A stretch of 64,000 bases of DNA from Harriotta raleighana (taxonomy: Eukaryota): positions 2,626,352-2,690,351 of the forward strand of contig JBNZDD010013657.1 in NCBI GenBank assembly GCA_050575255.1. Direction: 5' to 3'. The position numbers were made by a program, and so were the translations under genes. Of this stretch, positions 39,719-53,719 are shown piece after piece. Position 1 is the stretch's first letter. Every line of letters begins with the position of its first letter. The notes beneath the pieces were generated by a model that did no database searches, was not told where the DNA came from, and was given only the letters and a program-made list of their open reading frames with translations.

Positions 39719-42689
39719 AATGTTCCATGATATTGCTTCATGTGGTTCTGTTTTTGGTCCAATGGCCCCAGGAGAGGGAAACAGTAAATATCTGATCACA
39801 GTGAGCAATTTCACGCACTCACTGATGTATGTCCACAATCTGCTTCCTTTGACGTCCAAGAAATGGCATCTGCTCTTTCGCCCACTAAAAGATTTCATTG
39901 TAATGGTTACGTCAGTAATAATGACAACATTCACTGCAATGGTGTTGTCTCCCGGTAAAGTGAAAATCAATTTTATTGAGGAACCATAAATGAAAGGTTA
40001 GTGCGGTGTAAGAATTATTAATTGCTCATTTCAACAGTTCCTTCTTTCACCTGCCTTACACTATTGTACATTCCACCCTGCTTTATTGTACTCTACTGAG
40101 GTGGATGAAAATTGCCAAAAGACCATATCATGAATTGACCTCACATAGTCTAAGCTGATATCCAAATGCAACAACAACAACAAAATTACACTTGTATAGC
40201 GCCTTTCACGTCGGGAGGACGTCCCAGAGGGCTGGGGGTGCGTTGCAATGCCATCCATTGGATGAGATGTTAAACCGAAGTCCCTTCTGCCTGTTCCATC
40301 GGATGTTAGCATCCCACAGAGCTATTCAAAAAGAGAAAGGAGTTTCTCCCGGTGTCCTGGCCAACAATCTTCCAAATAAAATTGGTCCCTCACTTCATTG
40401 CTGTTCGTGGGACGTTGCTCTGCTCAACAGTTCTGCCAGGTTTGGCTACAAATATACAGCCACTCCATTTCATAGTAAATCCTGTGAAACGTTTTGAGAC
40501 GTCCTTCCGATATGATAATAATACCAATGCAGGATATAGTATTATTATTATAAGAGGTGCAACTACCTGTTACAATGCCAAAACAGTCTCAAAACATTCT
40601 TTCTTTTAAGTCGTGCATTGAAATCCAATATGACGTATACATTCCTGTGACTAGAACCACCTACTTTTAGGTAAAAGATGTCAGTTGTGATGTCCAATGT
40701 GTCAGCCTGGGTTAGACTCCCGTGTCTGAGTTACAAGGTCATGAGTTCAAGTCCCACGTTGGGAGAGTAAAGACTTGTGAAATGCTTTGAGATGTCTTGG
40801 CAGCGTGATAACAACAACAACTTGTATTTATATGGCACCCTTCGCGGAGGTTAGCATCCTAGAGCGATAAGATGCAATATTGATTTCAAGGGTAATTTAT
40901 TATAAAATTATTACCTTTCACATCCATTACCAGCCCACAGTCAAATACACTTCTACATGCATGATGATCACTTGGGCAAAGACATCTCTGGAATTATTCC
41001 ATCTTTGAGAACNTAAAATTATTACCTTTCACATCCATTACCAGCCCACAGTCAAATACACTTCTACATGCATGATGATCACTTGGGCAAAGACATCTCT
41101 GGAATTATTCCATCCTTGAGAACCGCGTCAAAGGGGAAATGAATCAAATAGATCCAGGAGAAGAGAAGAGTGAGAAATAAATGGAATTGTAACAAAGGAA
41201 ATAAATGACACATTGAAATAATACATGATTCTTAATATTTTACTGTTGTTAAACTGTCACACTTTCCCATGCCCTTATATCAGTTTAAAGTGGAAAATTA
41301 TCTTTAACAAAAGATAAGACCGGTTGTAGGAAAGTCCATTAATCACTATTATTCACTTCAAAGACGTGACTGTGCACAGATTGACTGCCACGTTCACCTA
41401 CAAAATACACAGATGTTGCACATCACAGTAAACCACTTTAAAACATTCTCTTGAAGTTAAAGGATCACCAGCAAGGATTATGCTTCTTATTATTGATTAA
41501 CCTCTCTTTTATTCATGCTCCTGTGCATATAACAAGAACAACAACTCACATTTATATTGTATCTTTCACGTCGGAAGATGCCTTATAGCATTTTGGGGCT
41601 CTATATTGAAAGGTGAAGTGCATGGACACTGCGCTACTTACGTGTCTGCATTACATGTGCTGTAACCAATAGACTTTAAACCAAAGGACTTTAATTATTA
41701 ACAAAGCACAGAAAAGCTACTTAAGACCATCTTAGTAGTTATAGTGAGTAGTCACATGAGGCCTGCAACAATTTGGGGAAGAATGGTGAGGAGTGCTGCA
41801 TTGGGCAAGTTTCCTTATTCCACACGCCTAATAATAATCCCTCCAAAAAAACACAATTTTATAAAAATTGGTCATTTTCAATCCACGACTGTTTTTGGGA
41901 CAGTCTGTGCGCAATGGCTGCCGCGTTTCGCCCACAAATGTACAGCCAATTCAGTATATTCTGTGAAGCGCTTTGAGACGTCGATAAGATGTGAAAAGTG
42001 CTATATTGAAATGCAAGGATTATTATTATTATTGTTGGAAGTTCTGTCTTTCGGGCGAGACATTCAGCCAAAATTCTGCATGATGCTAAAGATCCCGTGA
42101 AATTATTCACGAAAGAAAAGGGATAAAAGAAAAACTGCTTTTCATTTTTTGATTTATCTGGTAAGAGAGTTAAATATTCAGGCTAAAAAAAGGTTTGTTT
42201 ATCAAGTTTCCAAAGGAGCGCTTCACAGTGAGCCACTTGTGTTAATGTAAATCTGAGTAGGCTGGTGCGGCTTTGCTTGGTGTAAGATTTCCATGCTCCC
42301 TATGTTTGCCAGTGTTCAGTCAGTTCAGGGCTACTATCTCCCGGGATTACTATGAGATGACTTAAGAGGCGAAATCATCAACTCAGGATGCAGTGTGAGA
42401 GTAAGTTTATTATTTTTTATCTTGAATTGCTCCCTGCAAGTCAATTACCGGAATCCATACCCTGGTGATTAATGGCATTATTTGTGCAAACCCACTAGTC
42501 AGGGGTTTTAGCTTGTCAGTGTTGCACACACAGAATTTTTCTCCCTCTCCCAAAGTCATAGAGAGCGATTGTTTTCCACCCACTTCTTCAAGTGAGAGCT
42601 AAAGTGTGGTCAGAGACTATTTGACTGGGGTGGGGGTCAAGCCGATTCTAACCTTCTTGCCAATTCTGTAGATTGAATTGGTTAGAGCA

Positions 42690-43015
42690 CTGTAGCTCAC
42701 AGGTTAGAGCACTCACCTCGCTATCGAGAGACCAGGGTTTGATTCCCGGCAGGACAAAATGTTGTCAAGCTTCTCTCTATTTACCTAGTGGTAAGTAGAA
42801 ACCTAGTTGTTAGTCGATTGGCGGATCACTTTTCTGGGGGTAATAATTCCTTCAAAGAAAATTGTTCACTCAATCCACGACTGTTTGTGTACAATTGGTT
42901 GCTGCGTGTCACCCACAAAATGTACAGTCAATTCACTTTACAGTATATTCTATGAAGTGCTTTGAAATGTCTCGAAGACATCATAAGGTTATATATCAAA
43001 TGCAAGGATTATGAT
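42690..43015 (+). mobile_element. SINE type B
   Basis: Contains tatttacctagtggtaagtagaaacctagttgttagtcgattggcggatcacttttctggggg. Confidence 0.82.
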
Positions 43016-44256
43016 TCTAATTTCATCCAACTTTGCTAGATAGTGATTAGAAGTAAAAGTATTTCCTGCTTTATTTTGACCTTGCCCCTAGATTTCTAGA
43101 ACCCATTTTATGTTCCCCTACAAGATACAGTCACTACATTTCACAGTAACTGCTGTGAAGCGCTTTGATACCCACTTTCATTTCTGTGAAATGTGCTGTA
43201 TCAAATGGAAAGATTATTATTCTTATTATTATAAACCACTTGCCCCATAGGTAAGGTCAGGCTGATATGGAAAGAATCATCCACCATTCCACATCTTGCC
43301 TCTGCAACAAAGCAAGATGCCGTTTTCCCTCCTGGTTTCAGCCAGGCTTGAACTGTATTTCCTTTCAGCCAGACTCACTCCAAATGTTGTAACTCTTTGG
43401 CTATTCCTCTCATTGTTGTTTGTAGTACGTCACAATTGCAAATAAGCTGCCTTTGTTTGCTTCCAGAAGAGCTGACACATTTCATTTCAAATTCATTGTA
43501 TTCTGTAAAGACTTTAGATACTGCTTTCAGTGTAAATTATGTTGGATTGTGGTTTAGGTGAAAAATACTACAACAAAATTACATTTGTATAGCGCTTTTC
43601 ACGTCGGGAGGATGTCACAAGGCACTGGAAATAGGTTATGTATAAATGTAAGTTAAATAGCTAATGAGGAAACTCTGAACATATCCAAATGACCTACGAG
43701 AATTCCTCTCCAAAACCGATCATGTCAGATCGGAATTTCTGCAGGTCAACATGACATTCTTTGGATTACTGAAATGATTCTTCAGTTGATTAACTTGGAT
43801 TAATTTACAAGAAATCCTTTAAGAAATAGCACAAATTAAATGTCCCTCTCCCATAACAGCAACATTGAATGAATCTCTGATTTTGTATATATTTTTGAGA
43901 GGGTAAATGTTCAGAGTGTTGAAGGACTCTGGAAGCTGGAAGGTTGTTGTTTCAGAAGATGATAATTTGCTTTCCAATCATGTGCTGTACTGAACGTTAG
44001 CCATTGGAGTTGCCTTTAAAACTGGATCTCTGCCTAATAATCATGGGAGTGATAGGATTTGCATAAACCCTGCAATTACAGGCCAGTCTTTTGTCTCTTG
44101 CATATGCTTAAGCAGCAATCAATTGTTCTGTATGTATTGTTCCTCGGTTATGAGGATGGGCAGGATAGGAGCACATTTGCAGTCAACATTCATTTTAATA
44201 TCCTTACTCTTCGGTGCAGCAAAATTTAGAAATTTGCTCTTAACATTTATTAGTAT

Positions 44257-44600
44257 AAGAACATAAGAATTAGGAGCGGAGTGGGCCATTCAGGCCCTCG
44301 AGCCTGCCCCGCCATTCAATAAGATCATGGCTGATCTTCTAATCCAACTCCACCTACCCACCTTATCCTCATATCCCTATCAATTTCAGTCTTGAATATG
44401 TTCAAGAACTGAACATCTACAGCCTTTTGAGGTAGAGAATTCCATAAATTCACTACCCTCTGAATGAAGAAGTTTTCTCTCATCTCAGTGCGAAAAGGCT
44501 GACCCCTAATCTTAAAACTATGACTCCTAGTTATAGTATCTCCAACCAGGGGAAACAGTCTCCCACTGTCTACTCTGTCATACACTTTATAATCTTAAAG
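44257..44600 (-). mobile_element. CR1 LINE 3' fragment
   Basis: Minus-strand ORF DRVDSGRLFPLVGDTITRSHSFKIRGQPFRTEMRENFFIQRVVNLWNSLPQKAVD...IFKTEIDR is the canonical CR1 ORF2 C-terminus; terminal repeat TTCTTATG. Confidence 0.92.
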
Positions 44601-46126
44601 GTATCCATTGTTCAATTGGCTGCCATGTTTCTCACACAAAATACATAGTTAGTTCACTAAATGTGGCTGAAGTTCTAGAATTTCACCCACATATGTAAAG
44701 TCCATTCACTTTACAGTATATTCTACGAAGCGCTTTGAGACGTTTAGAAGTCGTGAAAAGCGCTATATTAAATGCAAGGATTATTATTATTGTTGTTGTT
44801 ATTAGAATTCATGCAGTTTTTGAAGAGTTTGGCCAGCAACTCAGCATCCATCAAAGCTATTTCAGTGCCCTTCATTACTGTTCCCATTATAGATCCTCCC
44901 AAATTGGTTGTGAGTTCACCTGCAGTCTCTGCTCTCTCTTAACAGGAATCTCTGATTACAGTGAACCTTTAATACTCCAGTTCCCTGGAGCAGGGATTAT
45001 TAGATCCTGTGTTGCCATAGCTCCGTTAACAATTTACAAGCCGGATTTAACCCCTTCCTTTCTCTGCATCTCTCCCACCTGTGATTTTAACACTATGTCT
45101 TCATTTGTTGCTCCATTTGCACTATTTTGGATTGAGTGCGCATCCTGCCTGCATTGACAGTGGTGTTATCCTTCAGATAGATCTTATGTCAAGGTACCTG
45201 TCTACCTGTTTGGCTTGACATTAAAGCCCCCATGGCTGTCGTCATTCAACAAAAAAACACTTGAGTTTTGCTGCAGTGTGACTGAGGATTAGTATTGATC
45301 ATTGGCTTCAAAAAACAGTCCTCCATATGAAGCCGATTACTTGATGAAGCGCTTTGAGATGCTTCTGCGCGATAAGGCTCCATAAAAACACAAACTCTTT
45401 CTTTCGTCTTAACAGCAAACACATTCAGGGAGCAATCAGCAGTTGGATAATCTGTTTGTTTTTGCATCCTGTTTGCCAGAAGCAGAATGAACAAGAAAAA
45501 GATGATCCTCTGGACAATTATAAGTGTGAAGGGAAAAGATTGCAGTGTCATTAATTGGCGTATGATTCATCCCTACATAGGACGCCAATGGGCGAGGTGA
45601 TGCGCTGTGTTGTCTGACCTTTGGCTGATGTGGGACATGAGTCGAAGGCTTCACACTGTGAACATGCTGAACTTTTTTCTTATTTCATACCTCAACATAC
45701 AGTTGATCCACTTTACAGTGTGTACTGTGTGTGTTTCGAGACATATCAAAGATGTGAAAAGATATTATAATCAATGCAAAGTTCTCAAATCTAATGTACA
45801 AAATTTTGTTTTGCAATTTCAGTGTCAATGATTCAGGATTACTATTGTAACAGAATAAAAATTATCTTATCTTGTTACATGCATGTGTACCTTGTAAAAA
45901 GCGAATGATAAGAAGCTTGAAGCAAGTCCACCCACAATTAACAAAAGCAGTTAATTGATTCATGTCTGACAGAGGTATAACAGCGTCTGAGCAGGGATGA
46001 ACATGACTATTTTGATAAATGGGATGTTGGGGAGGCACAACTCAGTATATTATCATTTCAATATATTTTGCCCAGAAAAGGTACAGATAATTCACTAACT
46101 GTATATTCAGTGAAGAAGTGCTTTGC

Positions 46127-46551
46127 GGAGTCCTGTAGCTCGTTGGTTATAGCACTCGCCTTACAAGCGAGAGACCTGGATTCAATTCCAGGCAGGGTGA
46201 AACCTTGGGCAAGTTTCCTTACTCACACGCCTAATAATAATCCCTCAAAAAAACAACAATAATAAATGAGTCATTTCAATCCACGATTGTTTGAGGAACA
46301 CTGCTGTGCGCAATTGGTAGCCTCGTTTCGCCCACATANTTACTCACACGCCTAATAATAATCCCTCAAAAAAACAACAATAATAAATGGGTCATTTCAA
46401 TCCACGATTGTTTGCGGAACACTGCTGTGCGCAATTGGTAGCCTCGTTTCGCCCACATGTACAGTCAATTCCCTTTACAGTATATTCTGTGAAGTTTTGA
46501 GACATCTAGAAAACATGGAAAGCCCTATATCAAATGCAAGGATTATTATAA
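46127..46551 (+). mobile_element. SINE type A with an artefactual internal duplication at N 46339
   Basis: Family consensus. Confidence 0.88.
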
Positions 46552-47449
46552 TAAACGCATTAAATTTCACCTAGTTTGAGCCTGTAAGACCATTTTGTCT
46601 TTAAAGTGAAGTTTATGATGAATTGTGAAAACGTTTAAAATTCACCCTTAATTTAGCAAATAGCAGTTCGTCTTTCCTAAAATAGATGAATTCCAGAATA
46701 ATACTGAATTTAATTTTAATTCTATACTTTATTGGCCTTACAGGCTTTGACAAGGTGGAGGTTAGGTATCTTACAATTCATACCACATCTTTCATATTGC
46801 GAGGACACATCGAAGCAGCTCTTCACTGTATTCACTGTAATGTGTAGTGGCTGTGTTGCACTATTGCAATATTTCATAAATAACGCTGGTATTCATTTTC
46901 AGTAGCGGCTGTGTTTTACAGGTGAACGCAACAGTCCACGTATGCAAAACAGTGTCCCACAAACAGCCATAAATAAAACAAATGATGAATTTCATCAGTG
47001 GGATTGTTGGTCGGGATATTGGGAGAAACTCCCTTCTCTTTTCAAAACCTTTAACATCCAGCCAAACAGGCGTATGAGAGACATATGTTTAACACCCCCA
47101 GCTCTATATTCGAATGGAAGCCTCGACTCAATGCTTGTCTAAAGAAACATGGACTAAATAGTCTTCACCATTATTAAGTCCAGTTTCTCTTTGAGGACAT
47201 TCCTTAGTCATTGCTGAATCATCAGTGAGCTGCCATCAGCCCATTGGAGAGGAATTTACATGTGCAAAGCGAAGCATAAGGAAACTCAACTGGAAAGATA
47301 CAAGTAGAAAGATTCTTACTGTATTCTTACTGAACTACTGTACTGTGAACAGCTTGATTCATTTTTATAACCCGCAAACAATATAGTAAAAAAAATTGCA
47401 ATATTTCATGAATACATTCATTTTCAGTAGCGGAGTTATTAATAAAATA

Positions 47450-47763
47450 TAATAATAATCCTTGCATTTTATATAGCGCTTTTCATGTCTTCTAGATGTC
47501 GCAAAGCGCTTCACAGAATATACTGTAAAGTGAATTGACTGTATATTTTTGGGCGAAACGAGGCAGCCAATTGCGCACAGAAGTGCCCCACAAACAGTCA
47601 TGGATTGAAAAGACCAATTTATTGTAGGTTTTTTTTAATGGATTATTATTAGGCATGTTCAGTAAGGAAACTTGCCCAAGGTTTCGCAATGACCTGCCTG
47701 ACCTTCGAAACTCAGGTCCCACGTTTGTAAGGCGAGTGCATTAACCACTGAGCTACAGGACTC
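47450..47763 (-). mobile_element. Full-length SINE type A
   Basis: Family consensus on the minus strand. Confidence 0.9.
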
Positions 47764-50606
47764 TGTGTCACACGTTTTGCCATTGTTGCTCAAGTTCCCA
47801 AAAAGACAGCCCTGAAAGGCTGACACTAATCCCACTTTGTGGCAGGACACTGCGTTTTCAAAGCAGGGAAAAGCATTGCACACCACACTCTATCACTCAA
47901 TCGTGTGTTGCATATTCCAACAAACCAGTTGTCTTTCGTTCTTCCACCCACCAATTTATTTCTAAAAGCAGAACTCCTCATTAAAATCAAAGGCTCTTCC
48001 CCTCAGTATTATCTGTGTATGTTTAAAAGTCTTAATATTCCGGTTCAATTTAGCAATTCTGATCTCCTGAGGGAGGACGCACATTAAGGGGAGATGAATT
48101 GATGTGTTTGCTGTATGATTCAACACCAATATTTACTAATGTATTCACTACCTGTCAAAACAAGTGGTGTCATATCAGCATGAGACCTTAAATGCAGTGT
48201 GTAGGAGCGATGTTTGTTCACCACTTGTATCTGGACTTGAATGTAGCCCAGGCACACAGGGTGAACACTTCATCTCTGATAGAAGGAAAATGGGACGAGT
48301 TAGGGTGGCTATTTGATTAATTTCACTGTGTCAACTTTCCTTGTTCCTTCACACCAGAGTTCCATGTGCCACATACTGCAATGCCATCTTTCGGATGAAC
48401 TGTTAAAACCCAGGTCCAATCTGCCAGTTCAGGTGAACGTTAAGGATCCCTTGGTACTGTTCTAAAAGAGTTTCCCGGTGTCCTGGCCAACAATCTCCTA
48501 AATAAAATTGGCCATTCGTTTCACGGCTGTTTGTGGGACATTGTACTGCCATGTTTGCCTCCAAATACAAAGTCACTCCATTTTGTAGTGATTCCAGCGA
48601 ACAGTTTTGAGATGTCCTTCTGACTTGATAAGGCATCATTCCAAAAATAATAATAAAGTATAATAATAATCCTTGCATTTGATATAGCGCTTTTCACGAC
48701 TTGTAGACATATCAAAGTGTATATCAGAATATACTGTAAAGTGAATTAACTGTATAGTTGTGGGTGAGGATTATTATTCCCCCAATGGATTGTCCCAGCC
48801 TCTCACCATCGGAACAACATCCAACTTAGTCTTAATCTGCAAGATATTTCATTTAAAATTGAACAGAATTTGGAAAATTCCTAAATTCAGTCTTAAATTG
48901 AAAGCAGGTTCTTGATAATAATCCTTGCTTTTGATACAGCGCAATTCAAGGCCGGAGCACATCCCAAAGTGCTTCATAGGATACTCAGCAAAGTGTACTG
49001 ATTGAGCCATTTGTAAACTGAAACTTTTGACAAATTCTAGCTTCCAAATGAATACTGTTTTTAAGAAGGGATAATAATAATTATAACAATAATAATAATA
49101 ATAATAATTCTTATCACTTAATTGAGACTTCACAGAATATATTGCTTCAAAGCACTTCACAGCATATCTTGTAAAATGGATTGACTGTATATTTTGTGGG
49201 CAAGACAAGCCAGCAAACTGCACAAAGCATTGTCCCACAAACAGTGGTGGATTGAATAAACAGGTTTTTCAAAAAATATTTTTTAAATAACAGTCTATTA
49301 TCTTTCATTTCCTTTGTTATTTAAAACTGTAATTTTCCACAGATCTGCGCTTTTTTAAATGCAAAGGCAATTTGGTTTTACAGGCCAAGACTGGGTGAAA
49401 TTTGTAGCCTCATATCCCCAGTTCTCTCTTAATTTGCTCAAACATGCAATGGCTTGATTGTCATCACGGAGCCGGGTACACGTTTTATTCCGTGCACATA
49501 TGATTACAGACATGGAAGAACAGCTGCTTTATGTAGCTTACGAGATCATTCAGTGATAAAGATACACACCCTTCACCTTATCCACTGTCGACGCTTCAGC
49601 AGTGAGCAGTAATCCCTCATAAAGGATGCAATGATGTAATTAAATATATAGAAGAGGCACCTTTACAATACGGGCAAAATACTTTCTCAATCAAACTTAA
49701 ATACAGGAGAGCTGCTTTGTATTAGGTCAAAACCTACTTCTAATCCCTCCGTGGCTTTGCCTGGGTGAAGGTGGCAAGTTAACATCAACACCTTTAAGGC
49801 GTTGATTTTTTGATTGAGTTAAGGCTGAGATAGGAGCAGACATCAGCTGCACTCCAGAATTGAAATGAATTGCGTATAGCCCTGGTAACTCAGTAAGCCA
49901 GTGTCTGAGATAACAATGCAGATTTAACAAGATAAACCACTTCCTTTCACTGTTTCTCCTCCCCCATGCCCTGCCCTGAAGATGTTTCTCTTCAGCCGCG
50001 CTTGCAGTTACCTTCCCCCTCCCCATGGCTCGGCCTCGGGCTTCGCTATTGTGAAGCGTTTCAAGAGACCGCCCAGAGTGGAGTTGTTGTTGTTGTTGTT
50101 AAAGTTGTTGCTGTTGTTGCCCTCCACCGCCTGAGACTATTTCACTTATCTGATCCTTCCCCTCTGCTGTATCTATCTTCCTCTGCTGCCTCTCTCCTGG
50201 CACTGCTACTGCTACTATTCCAAGATGTCTATCAGCTGTCATTTCGTAATGTTTTTATGCATTTATTTTACTTTCAATCTGCAACGTCTCCGCGATATCA
50301 ACACGAGTATCTCGGAAAACAAGTCCCAGAGAACATTGTTTATGTGGTGGCTGGACTCACTGATGGTTTCTGATGTTAATTGTTCCGTATAAACTCACTT
50401 GACATGTTGTACATGTGCCGGCCTGGTTCAGTAAATACAGCTCTTTCTCCTCTGGGTTAGAAAGTGGTGGGTTCAGAACCCCGCACCTGGGCTCTGAGAT
50501 CACACATGTAGCCTGACATCCAGTGTAATGCTGGGAGAGCTGCAATCTCAGAGGTGGAGTCCTTCAGACCAAATGAGTTACTGTCAGCTTTTTCAAGTGA
50601 TTGGTT

Positions 50607-50981
50607 CAGTGGTTTCCCACCTCGGGTCACGACCCAAATCGGGGGAGGTGGGGCAGGGGGGAGTGTGCGGGGATCCTCAATAGGGTCGCGAAGGGTGATC
50701 AGAATTTTCTTTTGTTGCTTATTTTTAACGTTGAAAATGCTTTTTTAATGCTTAAAAAAACACGTGCAAGGTGACACTGCCACTAATTTGTGTGAAAGAA
50801 CATACATACGAGTTGCGCTGAGACGATTTGGCTGAGCTGAGCTTCAGTCGCGATATCTCCCCACCCTAATGGTGGGAGGACCTGTTGAAGGTTAATTTGG
50901 GTGGCAGCAAAGAGAGGTTGGGTCGCGAAGACCTGCTAGTGGTTGATTTGGGTTGCAGGAAAAAAAGGCTGGGAATCACTG
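50607..50981. mobile_element. Non-autonomous hAT (Charlie-like) MITE nested in a type C SINE
   Basis: Imperfect TIRs CAGTGGTTTCCCACCT / AGGCTGGGAATCACTG, 8-bp flanks GATTGGTT / GATTAGTT, and repeated subterminal GGGTCGCG motifs. Confidence 0.82.
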
Positions 50982-52074
50982 GATTAGTTACTACTGAGTT
51001 AGTTACGGGTAAGGCAATTTCTCCAGGTGTTATTGGACGACATTTTCCCCAGTTAAAATTAGTCATTTACTTTATGGCTGTTTGTGGGACATTGCTTTGG
51101 GCAAATTGGCTGCTGTGTTTGCCTATAAAACACACAATCACTACACTTTATAGTAAATCCTGTGAAACGCTTTGAGTCATTCTCCTGATGTGAAAGGTAC
51201 TACAGTATATCAAATGCAAGGATTATTATTATTATTGTTCTTGCTATGCATAAATTTGCTTACAAAGCACTCAGTCACTCAACAATAATTTCCTGTGAAG
51301 TGTATCAGGTATAACGACTGTTATTACGAACATGTTCCATGTTTGTGAATGACAATAATAGCACTTGCCATTTGATTTAGTGCCTTATCATGTGGGTGTT
51401 TCATAGACTGAGTAGTATATTTTGTAGCTCAGGTAATTTGGTGGGTAAACAAGATGTCTCACACACTCCTTGGGTAATTTGCTTTCAGAACAGAGATCCC
51501 AGGAATTCTATCAATAATAATACTGTAATAATACTTTGCATTTGATGTAGTGCTTTTCACGTCTTCCAGACATCTCAAAGCGCTTTGCAGAATATGCTGG
51601 AAAGTGAATTGACTGTATATTTGTAGGTGAAACATACAACCTTCCTATCAAGAAATCTATTTAAGAGATGCCGCATGTTAGATCCAAATAGAGACCGAAA
51701 AATACCAGAATGTATACGGTTATTATTTCCCTTCATGGAACTAATACTACCGACCAAAACAGACTGTTATAAGATGTTTCTATTTATCATAGGTTATTCC
51801 AGATCCTGCCAATTATTTTTATAGGACACTGCATTCATTGTTGTCTCACATATTGTTGTGTAATAGAAATATAATCTATCCTTTTTCTAGATTAGTATCG
51901 AATTAATAAATTACATAATACAGTGCTGCCTACCAACCCTGTGCTCAACCCAATTCATTGTTCCCTGATGGATTACAGGGTCTCAGCCATGACAGCACAG
52001 GGTGGATATTTATACCTTCATGTTTGAGAGTATTGATGGCGCTAATATTAAAAATCACAATGAATGGTTTACAA

Positions 52075-52550
52075 GGATTCCTGTAGCTCAGAGGTTAGAG
52101 CACTCGCCTCGCAAGCGAGAGACCTGGGTTTGATTCCCAGCTCCCTCCCTTGCCTCCTTTAAACGAGTCTCAAAACCCTTCTCTTATTTTTTCAGTCGTC
52201 GTCCTACCTCTCTGCCCTCCCTCATCCCAATCTGCCCACACCCCATGCTCGGGTCCTGATCTCTGACTTTTCAGTACCTTGGAACGTCTTCCTGATGAGG
52301 AAGACGCTCCACAAATGTAATTTTGTTGTTGTTGTTACTTCACACGCCTGATAATAAGAAAAAAAACATAACTAAATCGGTCACTTCAAATCCAAGACTG
52401 TTTGTGGGAGGGACACTGCTGTCCGTAATTGGCTGCCATGTTTTGCCCACAAATGTACAGTTCATTCACTTTACAGTATATACTGCGAAATGCTTTGAGA
52501 CGCCTAGAAGATGTGATAAACACTATATCAAACACAAGGATTATTATTAC
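52075..52550 (+). mobile_element. SINE interrupted by an L2 3' fragment (~52141-52336)
   Basis: tRNA head to 52140, then L2 end with (TTG)n tail, then the SINE resumes at acttcacacgcctgataataa. Confidence 0.75.
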
Positions 52551-53218
52551 TTTGTGATAATGTTACAGTAAATCAGCTGCATGGGAAATTCTTCCGGTTG
52601 CTATCTATTACAGAACAAATTTGGGCCTTACAAGCACACAGTCACTACACTTCATAGTAGAAACTTGTGCTTGCGCTTTGAGAAATGACGTGATAATGTG
52701 CTTTATCAAATGCAATGATTATTCTTACTCGTGCAGGGCTACGGAGGACTATGCTTACTTTCTAATGATATAAAATTAACTAAAGTCATTTCAGATTGAA
52801 TTACCAAACATCATTCTCAGCACGTTTGAATGGAGTTTAATTATTTGAATGCAGTTCATTTACAACAGTGTGTTTGCCAACATTGAGTGCAACTAGAAAT
52901 CAATTGTGAGGATCTGGCAAAACAACAACAGCAAGTCAGGGAGGCAGCATTGAAGCAAAAGAGCCTCTGAAGTGTTACATAACAATAATGAGGGCAAAAC
53001 TCTACCTGGATATTTACTGGGGCTTTTTGTCATTTCTGATGTTCTGGCCAACAATTCCCCCAGTTAAAATACCAGCCAAAAGCCAAACTCTCAGGCAGCC
53101 TCAGCTCACCAGAAACTTGCCGGTGTTTATTAATCAATGGTTCAAATGAGCTATCAAGGCAGCACCCACAATATACACATTCACCACCCTTGACGCTATA
53201 TCCTGTGAAGTGCTTCAA

Positions 53219-53520
53219 GGAGTCCTGTAGCTCAGTGGTTAGAGCACTCGCCTTACAAGTGTTCAAATCCAGCCATTGCGAAACTTTGGGCAAGTTTTCT
53301 TACTCCACATGCCTAATAATAATCCCTCATATAAACAATAATAATTATTACAATCCACGCGTGTTTGTGGGACACTGCTGTGTGCAATTGGCTGCCGCGT
53401 TTCTCCCACAAAAAAAATGCAGTCAATTCACTTTACAGTATATTCTGTGAAGCGCTTTGAGACATCTAGAAGACGTGAAAAGCGCTATATCAAATGCAAG
53501 GGTTATTATTTTTTATTATA
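53219..53520 (+). mobile_element. SINE type A
   Basis: Family consensus with a short deletion in the head. Confidence 0.88.
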
Positions 53521-53719
53521 GATGTCTCTACAATGTGATAAGGCACACATCAAGGGTTATTATAATAGTATCATTAACCAGCATAAATTCCAAGCCATTA
53601 ATTACCCTCTTGCTAACAAAAAAAAGCATCCCGGTGTCTGTCCTGAAATTATTTGTTGAAACTGTAAAGCTATTCATCAAAGGCATGTCATGAGGTGGTC
53701 AATGCAAAGCTGCCTCTTT

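Noticed and set aside
49966-50373. 135-aa hydrophobic ORF on the + strand
   Set aside because: Its hydrophobicity comes from (GTT)n and CT-rich low-complexity sequence, with no homology or splice support on this strand.
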